The position numbers and the translations under genes were made by a program. Source: an uncultured bacterium (lineage in GTDB: Bacteria; SAR324; NAC60-12). Taken from it: a stretch of 64,000 nucleotides of DNA. Positions 39,301 through 49,150 of the stretch are shown piece after piece (position 1 is the stretch's first letter; every line of letters begins with the position of its first letter). The notes under the pieces were generated by a model that saw only the letters and a program-made list of their open reading frames with translations, ran no database searches and had not been told where the DNA came from. The stretch covers positions 8,946 through 72,945 of the forward strand of contig CBFIGY010000015.1 in the NCBI GenBank assembly GCA_965662235.1, written 5' to 3'.

Positions 39301-40005
39301 GGAAAACCCGAAGAGGTGCAGCTTGGGACGCAGGAGGGCCGGTTGCTGCTGCTGCCGGGGCTGCTGGTGCCATTCCTCAAAGAAACGGGGCAGGGTGCCC
39401 AGTTTCCGGACCTCGCCCTCGGTTTCAGCACGGGACGCATTGAAGCGGGCCACCAGTCCGGTTTCCCCAAACAGGCGGTTCCAGATTTCCTGCTGCCACG
39501 CTTCTAGGGGACGGGCGGATTCGGGCAGGCGGTATTCCTTTTTCCGCCAGAGCTGCAGCATGTCCTCTCGGTTGTACTCGTACTGCTGCATCAGGTGCGC
39601 GATCTTTTCGGCAAGCTGAAAGAGTCGTCGTTCCTGCGCCCGGACGGAGGCATTGGGGTCTTGCTGCAGAAACTGCCGGACGGGCGCCCAGAGCGGATTG
39701 GGATCGTCAGAGACGTCCCGGAGGAGGGCAATGAGGAGTCGCTGCAGCTGCAGGGTGGTGAGCGGCTGCCGACGCGTGGTGCCGAGGCCCTCCTGCAGCG
39801 TCTCCTGCAGCGCTTTTTCCAGCAGAACAAACCGGAAGTTGGCTGCCACACCCAGACGTTGCGCCAGCTGCAGAGAGAGCCACTTCTGCAGGCTAAAGTT
39901 CGGGACAGCAAGCACCTGAGGCTCAAAGGGATCGGTTCGCTCGAGCTGTTCGGCAAGAGGCGGAACCAGCAGGTCTAGGCGGTTGGCGTAGTGCAGCCGA
40001 GGCAT
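36325..40005 (-). CDS. recC: Exodeoxyribonuclease V gamma subunit (RecC-like)
   Basis: ANRLDLL, WLSLQLA...GVAAN, NPCMEFW, PLLKAWG, PMRPIPFRVVFILGL and FLETLIS motifs; 1226 aa. Confidence 0.88.
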   Translation of the reverse strand: MPRLHYANRLDLLVPPLAEQLERTDPFEPQVLAVPNFSLQKWLSLQLAQRLGVAANFRFVLLEKALQETLQEGLGTTRRQPLTTLQLQRLLIALLRDVSDDPNPLWAPVRQFLQQDPNASVRAQERRLFQLAEKIAHLMQQYEYNREDMLQLWRKKEYRLPESARPLEAWQQEIWNRLFGETGLVARFNASRAETEGEVRKLGTLPRFFEEWHQQPRQQQQPALLRPKLHLFGFSYLSAFHQKVLTQQVEQVREVCVYTLNPCMEFWEDLEPYWKQRRQFKQRPEAFQYLYEARRTQVTWNDLAPGELLRNDPDHPLLKAWGYPGRENIRMLNRWGDWDFFAHFRDPLGADASSVEVDAPDGVPGRTVLQHLQHDLLVREPQRSGATQLMLPADGSLEVVGCPTVRREVEQVANRIWELVQDSSHPEPLRFNEIAVIAPDLSLYQWELEQVFRSLYRLPYHLVDGHHGASGALMEAARQLLHLGLGDFSRREVLSLLQNPCFLQVLKTPSGEEALDTEAWVQWSEDLGIYFGKDAADFQEHGYAHLPEQRYHWQQGFQRLALGSYLEADQESVAWDDQDWVPGTVGDADAISAAQFQLVLQSLLADARFLATHHASAREWSRLLHRFFSTYLRPEDDYGQEAFQRLLETTQTFAHLEVLPTEDAPLSYPLVLEFFMQQYERTRFQQGHYLAEGVTVSPFQPMRPIPFRVVFILGLQEGSFPSKAPEDQLDLRDVSVPRTKDQTLRRRLIGDVSPMERDHYQFLETLISTSDRLILSYLNQDSKGEPQQPSSLVELLLETLNTGYLKDRLLPQRLPLTSYDPRYFPELEPLADGDFPQFSLSAFHQARAQVLRQQLEASQPLPERSELFSLLHTKLPAKLTAPLHPEAFTLPQATHLTLGQLKRFLENPLVAQTQRSLRLASDEEDLTDVEQEPFQLNALEETLLLREALGDALTSARGWEEAYGQVFQRWEQRGKLPPGVLQDGLREQHLGLMQRWEAQVQEWSEPTGGPKLVPRRLSVGPLSAWEREAWKRAPEAWILGPPLVISNVTLSGASGWWLCDGDQPRISLQLVRRALEAKKSSAQKEWLLPFLELVTLHAAGRLQDTTSREAYLLSRGEAGHGTFQVPLRSAAQAYLETVVQALQTERFDLLYSASGAQASHPFLRDPEAFNQKFQDWIRSQLDPSRPQFSLPREPFRFLEDLTPPDDPHAFTQARLGLYFQSLAFDH

Positions 40006-40013
40006 GAGACGGG

Positions 40014-40367
40014 TCAGGCCTCCTCAAGCTGCCGGAAGAAGCACGTTGGAGCGCCCGTGTGGCAGGCGGGTCCGGTCTGCTGCACCCGGTAGATGAGGGT
40101 GTCAGCGTCGCAGTCCACCCAGATCGCTTCCACTCGCTGCACGTGTCCAGAAGTCTCCCCTTTCTTCCAGAAGGCTTGCCGGGAGCGGGACCAGTAGTGG
40201 CCCCAGCCTGTTTCCAGAGTCAGGCGCAGCGCGGCTTCGTTGACGTAGGCCAGCATGAGGACCTCGTTGGTGGCGCTGTCTTGAGCAATGACGGGGAGCA
40301 ACCCGTCTTGCTTGGCAAAGTCCAGTTCAGCCAGAGAGACAGGGGTCAGCGGAGTGGAAGCGGTCAT
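40014..40367 (-). CDS. hisI: Phosphoribosyl-AMP cyclohydrolase
   Basis: [28 protein letters not shown] and ACHTG...CF motifs. Confidence 0.96.
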   Translation of the reverse strand: MTASTPLTPVSLAELDFAKQDGLLPVIAQDSATNEVLMLAYVNEAALRLTLETGWGHYWSRSRQAFWKKGETSGHVQRVEAIWVDCDADTLIYRVQQTGPACHTGAPTCFFRQLEEA

Positions 40368-40374
40368 GGAGGTG

Positions 40375-42747
40375 TTACTGAGGAACCAGGGTTTGGGTGT
40401 TTCCGGAGGTGGCTTCACGGCCAAAGGTCATAGGAAGATACTCCACATTGCGGTGAGGTTCAATCAAGTCGTCGTAGTGAGGGCTGAGGACGTTTCCGGA
40501 CTGCCCGGTGGTGTGCATGAAGCGACTGGTGTTCCAGTCAGAGAGGTCGATGATCTGACGGTAGCTTGGACCCCAGTGCTGGGCATACCGTTCATGCGGT
40601 TTGTAAGAGGCCACGTTGACGGTGTTGCGGTCGCCTCCGTTTTCGATGCTGCGGTGAAAGAAGGGCTTGAGGTACGGAACCTCACTGAAGGGCGTGTGTG
40701 GGTACTGGGTCTGATGCAAAGCCCCCCAACGCCATTCCTGCAGGTCGCGCCCCAGCCGGTTTTCCAGCTCAGCCAGAGCCTGATGCAGGGCCTGCTGCAG
40801 CATGTCCGTACAGGTTTCCCGGGGGGTGGTCTTGCGGTGATCGCACCAAAACCGTCCCTGCTCCGGATCGGTGAGGAGGTTGACCAAGAAGACCTCGTGG
40901 TTGCGCCGCGCAAGCTCCTCATAAAGCCGAGGCCCCACCTCATCCTCCAGCAGCACTGCGGTGAGGTGCGAGAGCCACGCTTCAAAGAGGCTGGCGGCAA
41001 CGCTGTCTCGGGAAAGGTCTCCGTTCCACTCCTTCAGTAAAGCAAGGGCCTGCTGGTCTTGCTCAGAAGCAGCGGGCGTTTGCAGCAAGAGGGGCAGCAG
41101 TTTCGGGATCAGGGCGTTGTGCTGGTCGCCCTGGATGCGGGCCATGTCGTCAACGGTCAGTTTCTTTCCAGCCTGCAGGCGCTCCTGGAGCAGCTCCCGG
41201 ATGCGCTCTGCCCGGTAGGGCGGCATCCAGTTGTTCGAGAGGTGGTAGGGGTAGAGGTCGGAAACGACCTTGTTGTTGGCTGTGACCACCCACCCTTCCG
41301 GAGGGTTGTACGCCTGAGGCAGTTGGTCGAAGGGAATCCAGTCGGTCCACTCGTAATCGTTGGACCATCCTGGCGCCGGAGTCCAGCCCTTGCCCTGCGA
41401 CCGGATGGGAATGCGTCCGGGAGCGATGTAGCCGATGTTGCCCTGGCGGTCGGCATAGACAAAGTTTTGGCTGGGGGCAACGTACTGCCGGAGCGCGTCC
41501 CGGAACTCCGTCCAGTTCTCGGCCCAGAGGATGTCGGTGAAGGCATCAATGGTGGTGTCATCTGGATCCAGAGCGGTCCAACGCAGAGCCAGCGGTTCTG
41601 CGGTTTCAGTGACATCGCTGATCAGAGGACCATGCCGGGTGGCCCGGGCGGCCCAGAGGAAGGGCTGGTCCCGTCCCTTGACCAGGATGGGCTCTTCAGT
41701 GAGGGTCATCCGGTTCCAGGTTCCGTTGACAAGGTACTGATTGGGCTGGTCGGGGTTGATGCGCTCGCGGTAGAGGTCCTGAACGTCTGGGCCCATGTTG
41801 GTGACCCCCCAGGCGATCTGGTCGTTGTGCCCAATGGGAACACCCGGAAGCCCAGGGAAGGTGGCTCCGGTGACGTGCAGGGTCGGTCCCTGAAGCTCGA
41901 CGAGGTACCAGATGGAGGGAATACGGGTGCCGAGGTGCGGATCGTTGGCCAGCAACGGCAGCCCAGAGGCCGTCCACTTGCCGGATACCACCCAGTTGTT
42001 GCTCCCGACGTCAATGCCCCGGAGGCCCAGCTGGTCCTGAAGGAAGCTGTCTAGCGTCAGCAGTTCCTCCACGCTGGACGACGAGAGCCCTGCGAGGATG
42101 CTTGGCCCTTCTTCGGGATACTGGGGAAGCAGTTCCCGGGTGCGTTGGGGGCCCAGAAGTTCTTCCAGCCGGACCCGAAGAAGCTCCTGCGAGTAGTCGC
42201 CTCCGAGGTCCCAGGCCATCAGCTTCGCCCAAACGAGCGAGTCCACAGGCGTCCAGGGTTCCGGTTCAAACTGAAGCAGCTGAAACTCAATGGGCAGAAC
42301 CGGAACCTCCTGGATCCAGGCGTTGACGCCGGCGATGTAGTGCTCAAACAGCGTCCGGGTCCGGGGCTTGAGGTGCGTCCAGGCTTCCTGAGCGGCCCGG
42401 CGGACTCCGAGGGTTCGGAGGAACTGGTCAATCTTGAGGGTCTTTTCTCCCAGGATTTCGCTCAGGCGCCCGGCGCCAACCCGGCGGTTCATTTCCATCT
42501 GCCAGAGCCGATCCTGGGCATGCACCCAGCCGAGGGCAAAGAAGGCGTCGTTGTCGCTTTGGGCAAAGATGTGGGGCACGCCTGCCGAGTCCCGGGTGAT
42601 GTCAATGGGGCCCGAGAGGCCGTCGAGGGAGTAGGTGCCGGAGGAGCGGGGGAGGCTGAACCAGAGGTACCCTCCTCCGGCCAGTGCAGCAAGGATGACA
42701 ATCAGGATGCCATAGACCAGCATCCGTTTGAAGAAGCGCTTCAGCAT
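40375..42747 (-). CDS. Penicillin acylase family (S45 Ntn-hydrolase), membrane-anchored
   Basis: [24 protein letters not shown] (nucleophile Ser), ANDPHL and GQSG motifs. Confidence 0.92.
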   Translation of the reverse strand: MLKRFFKRMLVYGILIVILAALAGGGYLWFSLPRSSGTYSLDGLSGPIDITRDSAGVPHIFAQSDNDAFFALGWVHAQDRLWQMEMNRRVGAGRLSEILGEKTLKIDQFLRTLGVRRAAQEAWTHLKPRTRTLFEHYIAGVNAWIQEVPVLPIEFQLLQFEPEPWTPVDSLVWAKLMAWDLGGDYSQELLRVRLEELLGPQRTRELLPQYPEEGPSILAGLSSSSVEELLTLDSFLQDQLGLRGIDVGSNNWVVSGKWTASGLPLLANDPHLGTRIPSIWYLVELQGPTLHVTGATFPGLPGVPIGHNDQIAWGVTNMGPDVQDLYRERINPDQPNQYLVNGTWNRMTLTEEPILVKGRDQPFLWAARATRHGPLISDVTETAEPLALRWTALDPDDTTIDAFTDILWAENWTEFRDALRQYVAPSQNFVYADRQGNIGYIAPGRIPIRSQGKGWTPAPGWSNDYEWTDWIPFDQLPQAYNPPEGWVVTANNKVVSDLYPYHLSNNWMPPYRAERIRELLQERLQAGKKLTVDDMARIQGDQHNALIPKLLPLLLQTPAASEQDQQALALLKEWNGDLSRDSVAASLFEAWLSHLTAVLLEDEVGPRLYEELARRNHEVFLVNLLTDPEQGRFWCDHRKTTPRETCTDMLQQALHQALAELENRLGRDLQEWRWGALHQTQYPHTPFSEVPYLKPFFHRSIENGGDRNTVNVASYKPHERYAQHWGPSYRQIIDLSDWNTSRFMHTTGQSGNVLSPHYDDLIEPHRNVEYLPMTFGREATSGNTQTLVPQ

Positions 42748-42921
42748 TTACCCCCCGGTCTTGAGTGCCTGCCGGACCTCTCTCCTCGGTCAAGAAGGGC
42801 GGTTTCCGTGAGATCCAGCAAGATTTCCTGCATTGAAGGCTCGCATGATCTCCGATAAAGTAAAAGCCTCATGCATCAATAATTCGCGAGCCTTCCGGTT
42901 TGCTCTACCTGAGAGAAAGAC

Positions 42922-43221
42922 ATGGATACTGTAGTATATTCAATGAAGCTGGTAAGCGGTGACGAACTCCTGGCTCGAGTTGCTTCTGAGGATGACGAGT
43001 GGTTTGAGCTGGAGCAGCCCATGACCATTGCGATGACGCATCAGGGCATGGCGATTGTTCCTCTGCTGGCTCTGGCAAAGGAGCAGCCGCGCATCAAGGT
43101 CCGGAAGAACAACGTCATCGCCTACGCCGAGGCACACAGTGAATTTTCTGGCCGGTACCTAGAGGCGGTGACCGGAATCACCACGGTGCCCCCCACCGGG
43201 ATTGAACTGGCGTCTCGCTAA
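42922..43221 (+). CDS. Small Sm-like beta protein resembling T4-like marine myophage hypothetical proteins
   Basis: KLVSGDELLA...L..PM.I......GM..VP...Y...TGI pattern, recognised from memory. Confidence 0.6.
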   Translation: MDTVVYSMKLVSGDELLARVASEDDEWFELEQPMTIAMTHQGMAIVPLLALAKEQPRIKVRKNNVIAYAEAHSEFSGRYLEAVTGITTVPPTGIELASR

Positions 43222-44201
43222 CGCTGCCAGAACTCCGCTGCCAGCGGCGCATGCCGCATCAGCCCCAGGGCCTCCACCGCTTGCGGAAGCGAGGCCCACG
43301 GCACCCACACCCGCTCCACCTGCGGATGCGAGGCAACCGCCCAAACCCACAGCATTCGCGCTGAAGCCGTCCGGAGCTCCGGAGGCAAAAACGGCTTCAG
43401 GGCCCAGCGGAAGGGCTCCGTTTCGTTCCACAGCTGCTGCTGCAGTTCCGCTCGCCGCGACAGGAACAGGAGCCGCAGTTCCTGAAACAGGGCGTCTTCC
43501 GCATGCCGCACCCGCGGTTCTTCCTGAACCTGCGTCTCCCGCAGGTACTGCAGCAGTTCCGGAATCAGAATCCCTGCCATGAAATCATCCCAGTCGGTCA
43601 CCCGCTGACACGACGCCTGCCCGGCTTCCAGCAACTCAAAGTAACGGCTTCCTAGGTCGGTAACGGTCCGGGCATCGCGCTCCTCCAGCAGGTACCGCAG
43701 CTGCGTCCCGTAAACGGCGCTGGGGGCGGCAGGAGCCGGATCGGCTTCGAGGTAGTGGGTGCTGGGGTGCAGGAGCACCTCCGGATGCTCCGGATGCCAC
43801 TGAGGGGTCAGGTCTTCAGGAAGCAGCCAACTGGCGTCAGAAAGAAGGAAATCGAGAGGAGCCCCCAGCACCTGCTCTGCTAGGTACCGGAAGGTTGCAG
43901 CCAGGTGCGTTTTCTGGGGCAGACCGATCGTGCCGATTTGGGTGCCAGCCAAGAGGCCTTCCTGCAGGAGCGGAACCGGCTCGGCAAGAGAGAGTTCGGC
44001 AGGCGCCTCGAGGTGGATGAGCAGCTGCTGCCCACCGAGGCGTCCGAGGTCCGGAAGAACGTGCAGCAGCGAACGAGCATTTGAAAGCCCCACATACAGG
44101 CCCATCCGAAAGGCGGTCGCGTCTCGGCGCCAGAAGGTGTGGTAACCCAGCCGCTGAGAAATCTGTTCGGTGGTTTCTGCAGCGGAGGGCCCACGACTCA
44201 T
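43218..44201 (-). CDS. Hypothetical protein (possibly a degenerate aldo-keto-reductase-like fold)
   Basis: 327-aa ORF starting 14 nt after uxuB. The N-terminal QRLGYHT and C-terminal WAVASHPQVERV segments recall AKR termini; no catalytic tetrad seen. Confidence 0.45.
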   Translation of the reverse strand: MSRGPSAAETTEQISQRLGYHTFWRRDATAFRMGLYVGLSNARSLLHVLPDLGRLGGQQLLIHLEAPAELSLAEPVPLLQEGLLAGTQIGTIGLPQKTHLAATFRYLAEQVLGAPLDFLLSDASWLLPEDLTPQWHPEHPEVLLHPSTHYLEADPAPAAPSAVYGTQLRYLLEERDARTVTDLGSRYFELLEAGQASCQRVTDWDDFMAGILIPELLQYLRETQVQEEPRVRHAEDALFQELRLLFLSRRAELQQQLWNETEPFRWALKPFLPPELRTASARMLWVWAVASHPQVERVWVPWASLPQAVEALGLMRHAPLAAEFWQR

Positions 44202-44215
44202 GGAAAGAGGTCCGG

Positions 44216-45661
44216 TTAGGGGAGAAAGTTTTGCTCAAACGTGGCAATGAGGGCTTCGGTAAAAGGCGCATCACTTGCCAGGTCGCGGCCAAAGACTTCC
44301 TGAACCTGCAACAGCGCCCGGACGTAATCGGGCAGGCGGTCGGGGATCAGAGAATCAGCTTGACGGAACCCGGACTGTTCCGCAAGCACCTGAAAACGTT
44401 CTGCCAGAGGATCCTGGACGGTGAAGGGCTGGAGCTGACCATTGAGCCCGGTGACGTAACGCATCCAGGCGGCAATGGCTCGGGTGATTCCAGGCGCCGG
44501 ACGTCCGGATGCCTGAAGGTCACGGAGGGTTCCGAGCAGTCGCTGAGGCAGCTTTTGTGACCCGTCCATGGCAATTTGATAGAGCCGGTGCTGCAGCGCA
44601 GGATTGGCGTATCGCTCCAGAAGCGCATCGCGGTAGGCCGGGAGGTCGGTGCCCGGAGGCAGGTGGAGGGTGGGGATGATTTCATGGTTCATCAGGTCAC
44701 GGAGCATCGCCTCAAAACCGGGCGCCTGCACCGCGTCTGAAACGTATTCCAGCCCTGCCAGAAAACCCGTGTAGGCGAGGGTGGAGTGGGTGCCGTTGAG
44801 CATGCGGAGCTTCATGTGCTCAAAGGGCCGAACGTCGTCCACCATCTCTGCCCCCACAGCGTCCCACTGCGGACGTCCAGCGACAAAGTGATCCTCAATC
44901 ACCCACTGTCGGAAACGTTCCCCCACCACAGAGCCCGCATCTGGACCTCCGAGCAAAGCCGCAACGGTTTCTCGGTCAGCGTCTGTGGTGGCCGGAACAA
45001 TGCGGTCCACCATGGTGCATGGGAAGGACACGTTTTGCTCAATCCAGGCAGCGAGCTCAGGATCTCGTAGCATGGCCAGCTCAAGCGTCAGGCGCCGGAC
45101 GACCTGTCCGTTTTCCGGAAGGTTGTCGCAGCAGAGAACGGTCACGCCTCCGGAGCCCTGTTGCTGACGCTGGGCCAGTCCCTGAACCAGGAAACCCAGC
45201 GCGCTCTGAGGAGCTTCCGGGTGGGCAAGGTCCTGCACAATGTCTGGGTGCTGAGCATTGAGGCGTCCGGTGGCCGGATCGTGGCAATAGCCCTTTTCGG
45301 TGACCGTCAGGGAGATGATGCGGGTTCCGGAAGCTGCGAGACGTTCCAGCACACGTCCGGGAGCTTCTGGGGCAAAGAGCACCTCCTTGACCGCGCCGAT
45401 GACGCGGATGAAGTCGCCGGAGCCATCGCGCTCCAGCAGGGTGTAAAGCCCCTCTTGCGGAGCAAGCTGGTCTCGGATGTCCGGACGCCGGAGGCTGACG
45501 CCGCAGATGCCCCAGTCGCCGCCAAAGCGCTCCAGGACTTCGTCGGTGTAGAGGGCCTGGTGTGCGCGGTGGAAGGCGCCAATGCCCAGGTGGACGATGC
45601 CGATGCCAACCGCGTCTCGGTCGTAGCGGCGGCCAAAGTGTTGGTGCAGAGCAGAGGTCAT
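44216..45661 (-). CDS. uxuB: Mannitol dehydrogenase family D-mannonate oxidoreductase
   Basis: VHLGIGAFHRAHQA, TVTEKGY, CDNL, MVDRIVP, KLRMLNG and MDGSQKLPQR motifs; directly follows uxaC. Confidence 0.88.
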   Translation of the reverse strand: MTSALHQHFGRRYDRDAVGIGIVHLGIGAFHRAHQALYTDEVLERFGGDWGICGVSLRRPDIRDQLAPQEGLYTLLERDGSGDFIRVIGAVKEVLFAPEAPGRVLERLAASGTRIISLTVTEKGYCHDPATGRLNAQHPDIVQDLAHPEAPQSALGFLVQGLAQRQQQGSGGVTVLCCDNLPENGQVVRRLTLELAMLRDPELAAWIEQNVSFPCTMVDRIVPATTDADRETVAALLGGPDAGSVVGERFRQWVIEDHFVAGRPQWDAVGAEMVDDVRPFEHMKLRMLNGTHSTLAYTGFLAGLEYVSDAVQAPGFEAMLRDLMNHEIIPTLHLPPGTDLPAYRDALLERYANPALQHRLYQIAMDGSQKLPQRLLGTLRDLQASGRPAPGITRAIAAWMRYVTGLNGQLQPFTVQDPLAERFQVLAEQSGFRQADSLIPDRLPDYVRALLQVQEVFGRDLASDAPFTEALIATFEQNFLP

Positions 45662-45664
45662 GGT

Positions 45665-47077
45665 TCAGTCAAACAGGTAGGCTTTTTTGACAAGACGGTA
45701 GGCCAGGTCGATGGCCACTTCACGGGCTTCGTCTTCAGGAAGCCGGTGCTCACAGACCAGTTCCGCCAGGAAACGGCAGTCGATGCGCCGGGCCATGTCG
45801 TGCCGGGCCGGGATGGAAAGAAAGGCGCGGGTGTCGTCGTTGAACCCAACCGTGTTGTAGAAGCCTGCGGTTTCGGTGGTGTGCTTCCGGAAGCGCAGCA
45901 TGCCTTCGGGGCTGTCATGGAACCACCAGGCTGGCCCCAGCTTGAGGATCGGGTAGTGTCCGGCAAGTGGCGCGAGTTCGCGGCTGTAGCTGGTTTCATC
46001 CAGCGTGAAGAGGATCAGGCTCAGGTTGGGCTCGTTGCCAAAGCGGTTGAGCAGCGGTTGCAGAGCGTGGACGTAGTCGGTGGGGGCAGGGATGTCGGCG
46101 CCCTTGTCGCGTCCAAAGCGCTGGTAGAGGGGCTGGTTGTGGTTCCGGAAGCAACCTGGGTGCAGCTGCATGACAAGGCCATCGTCCAGACTCATCCGGG
46201 CCATCTCGGTCAGCAGCTGACCCCGGAACATTTCAGCATGCTTGCCGGTGAGCTGTCCTGCCAGCGCCCGGGAGAAGAGGCTTTCGCACTCAGCCGTCTC
46301 TAGGTTGGCAGTGACCGCGCTCGGGTGTCCGTGGTCGGTGGAGGTTGCCCCCATCTGCTTAAAGAACTCCCGGCGCTGCGCTAGGGCCTTCAGGTAGCCC
46401 GACCAGGTTCCGGTGTTTTCTCCGGTCAGGGCGCCCAGGGCTTCCACGTTTTGCACAAAGCCCTCAAACTCTGGATCGACCACGGGGTCGGGTCGGAAGG
46501 CCGTGACCACCTTTCCAGACCATCCGGACTGCTGGATTGCCTGGTGGTGGACCAGTTTGTCCAGCGGCGACTCGGTGGTGGCAAGGACCTCAATGTTGAA
46601 GCGCTCAAAGAGGGCCCGGGGCCGGAAGGCATCAGAGGCAAGGAGCGCGTTGACTTCGTCGTAAATGGCGTCTGCCGTTTCTGGCGTGAAGGGGGTTTCC
46701 ACCCCGAGCACCTCATGAAGGGCGTGGTCGAACCACATCCGTGAAGGCGTGCCACGGAAGAGGTAGAAGTGCTCGGCAAAGCCTTGCCAGATCCGCCGCC
46801 GGTCCGACTCCACAGGGCTGCCGTCACGTGTCGGAATGCCGATGCTCTCAAGCGTCACGCCCTGGCTGTAGAGCATGCGGAAGAGGTAATGGTCGGGAAT
46901 GAGAAAGAGGTCGGTGGCGTTGCTGAAGGGCTCATTGTTCGCAAACCACGACGGATCCGTGTGTCCATGGGGGCTGATGATCGGGAGGTCCTTGACCTCC
47001 GCATACAGGCGCCGCGCCACGGCACGCTGGTCCGGATCAGAAGCAAAGAGACGGTCAGGGTGGTTGTACAGAGTCAT
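45665..47077 (-). CDS. uxaC: Glucuronate isomerase
   Basis: ISPHGH, PDHY, WWFHD and GFNDDTRAF...ARHD motifs. Confidence 0.96.
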   Translation of the reverse strand: MTLYNHPDRLFASDPDQRAVARRLYAEVKDLPIISPHGHTDPSWFANNEPFSNATDLFLIPDHYLFRMLYSQGVTLESIGIPTRDGSPVESDRRRIWQGFAEHFYLFRGTPSRMWFDHALHEVLGVETPFTPETADAIYDEVNALLASDAFRPRALFERFNIEVLATTESPLDKLVHHQAIQQSGWSGKVVTAFRPDPVVDPEFEGFVQNVEALGALTGENTGTWSGYLKALAQRREFFKQMGATSTDHGHPSAVTANLETAECESLFSRALAGQLTGKHAEMFRGQLLTEMARMSLDDGLVMQLHPGCFRNHNQPLYQRFGRDKGADIPAPTDYVHALQPLLNRFGNEPNLSLILFTLDETSYSRELAPLAGHYPILKLGPAWWFHDSPEGMLRFRKHTTETAGFYNTVGFNDDTRAFLSIPARHDMARRIDCRFLAELVCEHRLPEDEAREVAIDLAYRLVKKAYLFD

Positions 47078-47086
47078 GAAGGATCC

Positions 47087-48136
47087 TTAGGTTGGAATTC
47101 CGGCAAGTTGCAGTTCTTGCGCACGGTGGCACGAGACCCAATGGTTGGGAGACACCTCCTCCAGCGTGGGCACCTGCTGGCGACACTGGTCGGTGGCAAA
47201 CGGACACCTGGGGTGAAAGTGACAGCCGGAGGGGGGATTCGCCGGACTCGGCACTTCTCCCTCCAGTGGCGTCATTTGGGAGCGGACGCGTGGGTCTGCG
47301 ACCGGAACCGCTGACAGCAGCGCCGCCGTGTACGGGTGCCGTGGTGCCTGAAACAGCTCCTCACTTGGCGCCGTTTCCACGATCTTCCCCACGTACATGA
47401 CCGCCACCCGGTCGCTGATGTGCTTCACCACGCTCAGGTCATGAGCAACAAATAGGTAAGTCAGCTTGAGCTGCTCCTGAAGTTCGAGCATGAGGTTGAG
47501 CACCTGCGCCTGCACCGACACGTCCAGGGCTGAGACCGGCTCATCGGCAACCACCAGCCGCGGATGCAGGGCCAGGGCCCGAGCGATGACAATCCGCTGA
47601 CGCTGCCCGCCACTGAAGGCATGCGGAAAACGCTGCATGTACTCCGGACGCAACCCCACCAGACGCAATAGTTCCGCAACCCGGTCCGCCCGCTCCTGTC
47701 GGTTGGTGACACCGTTGACCAGCATGGGCTCCCCAACGAGGTCAAAGAGGTTCATCCGCGGATTGAGTGAGGCAAATGGATCCTGAAAGATCATCTGCAT
47801 TTCACGCCGCAGGGGCCGGACTTCTTCTGGCGTCAGCTTGGCCACATCCACCAGCGTCCCCTCTTTTTTACGGAACCAGACCTCGCCGTCTGTGGGCGTC
47901 ACCGCCCGGAGTAGGCATCGGGAAGTGGTGGTTTTGCCGCATCCGCTTTCCCCCACTAGCCCTAGGGTTTCGCCCTCGTTGAGGAAGAAGGTGACATCGT
48001 CCACAGACTTAACGTGCCCAACGGTTTTCTTAATGAACCCCTTGCGGATGGGGTAGTACTTCTTCAGGTTCCGGACCTCAAGGAGCCGTTCTGGTTGCAT
48101 GGTGAAGGAGGTCGGGGTTGGAGAGTCAGGAGGCAT
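47087..48136 (-). CDS. Opp/Dpp-family ABC transporter ATPase (OppF-like)
   Basis: [19 protein letters not shown] and GCHFHPRC motifs. Confidence 0.93.
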   Translation of the reverse strand: MPPDSPTPTSFTMQPERLLEVRNLKKYYPIRKGFIKKTVGHVKSVDDVTFFLNEGETLGLVGESGCGKTTTSRCLLRAVTPTDGEVWFRKKEGTLVDVAKLTPEEVRPLRREMQMIFQDPFASLNPRMNLFDLVGEPMLVNGVTNRQERADRVAELLRLVGLRPEYMQRFPHAFSGGQRQRIVIARALALHPRLVVADEPVSALDVSVQAQVLNLMLELQEQLKLTYLFVAHDLSVVKHISDRVAVMYVGKIVETAPSEELFQAPRHPYTAALLSAVPVADPRVRSQMTPLEGEVPSPANPPSGCHFHPRCPFATDQCRQQVPTLEEVSPNHWVSCHRAQELQLAGIPT

Positions 48137-49142
48137 CCACCTCCTTGTGGTGCAGGAAGCAGCTGACGGTCTGCTCCGTTTGAACCGGCTTCAGCGCCGG
48201 GACCTGCTCGTTGCAGACCCCAGAAAGCGCCTCTGGGCAACGCTGGAAGAAGGGACAGCCTTTGGGACGGTTGAAGGGGTGCGGAATGGATCCTTCAATG
48301 GTCGGCAACGGCGTCCGGTGAGCCGTGGTCAGCTTCGGAATCGATTGCAGCAAGGCGCGGGTGTAGGGGTGCTGGGGATTGTGGAAAATGGCGTCGACGG
48401 GTCCGGTTTCCATGACCCGACCGAGGTACATCACAACCACGTCGTCGGCCAGCTGAGCAATGACCCCCAGGTCATGGGTGATGAAGATGATGGCGGTGTT
48501 GTGCTGCTGCTGGAGCTTCCGGAGCAGGCTCAGCACCTGGGCTTGAGTGGTGACATCAATGGCGGTTGTGGGCTCATCGGCAATCAACAGAGTCGGGTCG
48601 CAGGTCAGGGCCATGCCAATCATGGCACGCTGCCGGAGGCCTCCGCTGAGTTCCCAGGAGTAGCGTTCCATGGCGCTTTCCGGATGCGGAACTCCCACTT
48701 CCCGAAGTCGCTCAATCACCTGCTGGTGGGCGTCTTTCTTGGAAAGCGGCCGGTGCAGCATCAGGGCTTCCGTCAGCTGGTGCCCAATGGTGTGAACCGG
48801 ACTGAAGGCGGCCATGGGTTCTTGAGGAATGAGCGCAATTTCGTCGCCTCGGATGGCCCGCATCTGTGAGCCTCGGGCGTTGAGCTGAGCCAAGTCGAGT
48901 GGTGCGCCGGCCTGCCGGGACTGGAACCAGATCTCGCCACTGGCGACCTCTCCGGGAGGTTCGATCAACCGGAGGATGGACTTGATGGTCGCACTCTTGC
49001 CGCATCCGCTTTCGCCCACAATGCCCAGCACGCGTCCGGGCTGTACATCGAAACTGACACCATCCACGGCCTTGACGGTGCCTTCATCTAGGTTGAAAAC
49101 CGTCCGCAGGTTCCGGACGGAAAGAAGAGGAGTCGTGCTCAT
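48126..49142 (-). CDS. Opp/Dpp-family ABC transporter ATPase (OppD-like)
   Basis: Start [33 protein letters not shown] and GCPFFQRC motifs. Confidence 0.93.
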   Translation of the reverse strand: MSTTPLLSVRNLRTVFNLDEGTVKAVDGVSFDVQPGRVLGIVGESGCGKSATIKSILRLIEPPGEVASGEIWFQSRQAGAPLDLAQLNARGSQMRAIRGDEIALIPQEPMAAFSPVHTIGHQLTEALMLHRPLSKKDAHQQVIERLREVGVPHPESAMERYSWELSGGLRQRAMIGMALTCDPTLLIADEPTTAIDVTTQAQVLSLLRKLQQQHNTAIIFITHDLGVIAQLADDVVVMYLGRVMETGPVDAIFHNPQHPYTRALLQSIPKLTTAHRTPLPTIEGSIPHPFNRPKGCPFFQRCPEALSGVCNEQVPALKPVQTEQTVSCFLHHKEVDAS

Positions 49143-49150
49143 GTCCGGGC

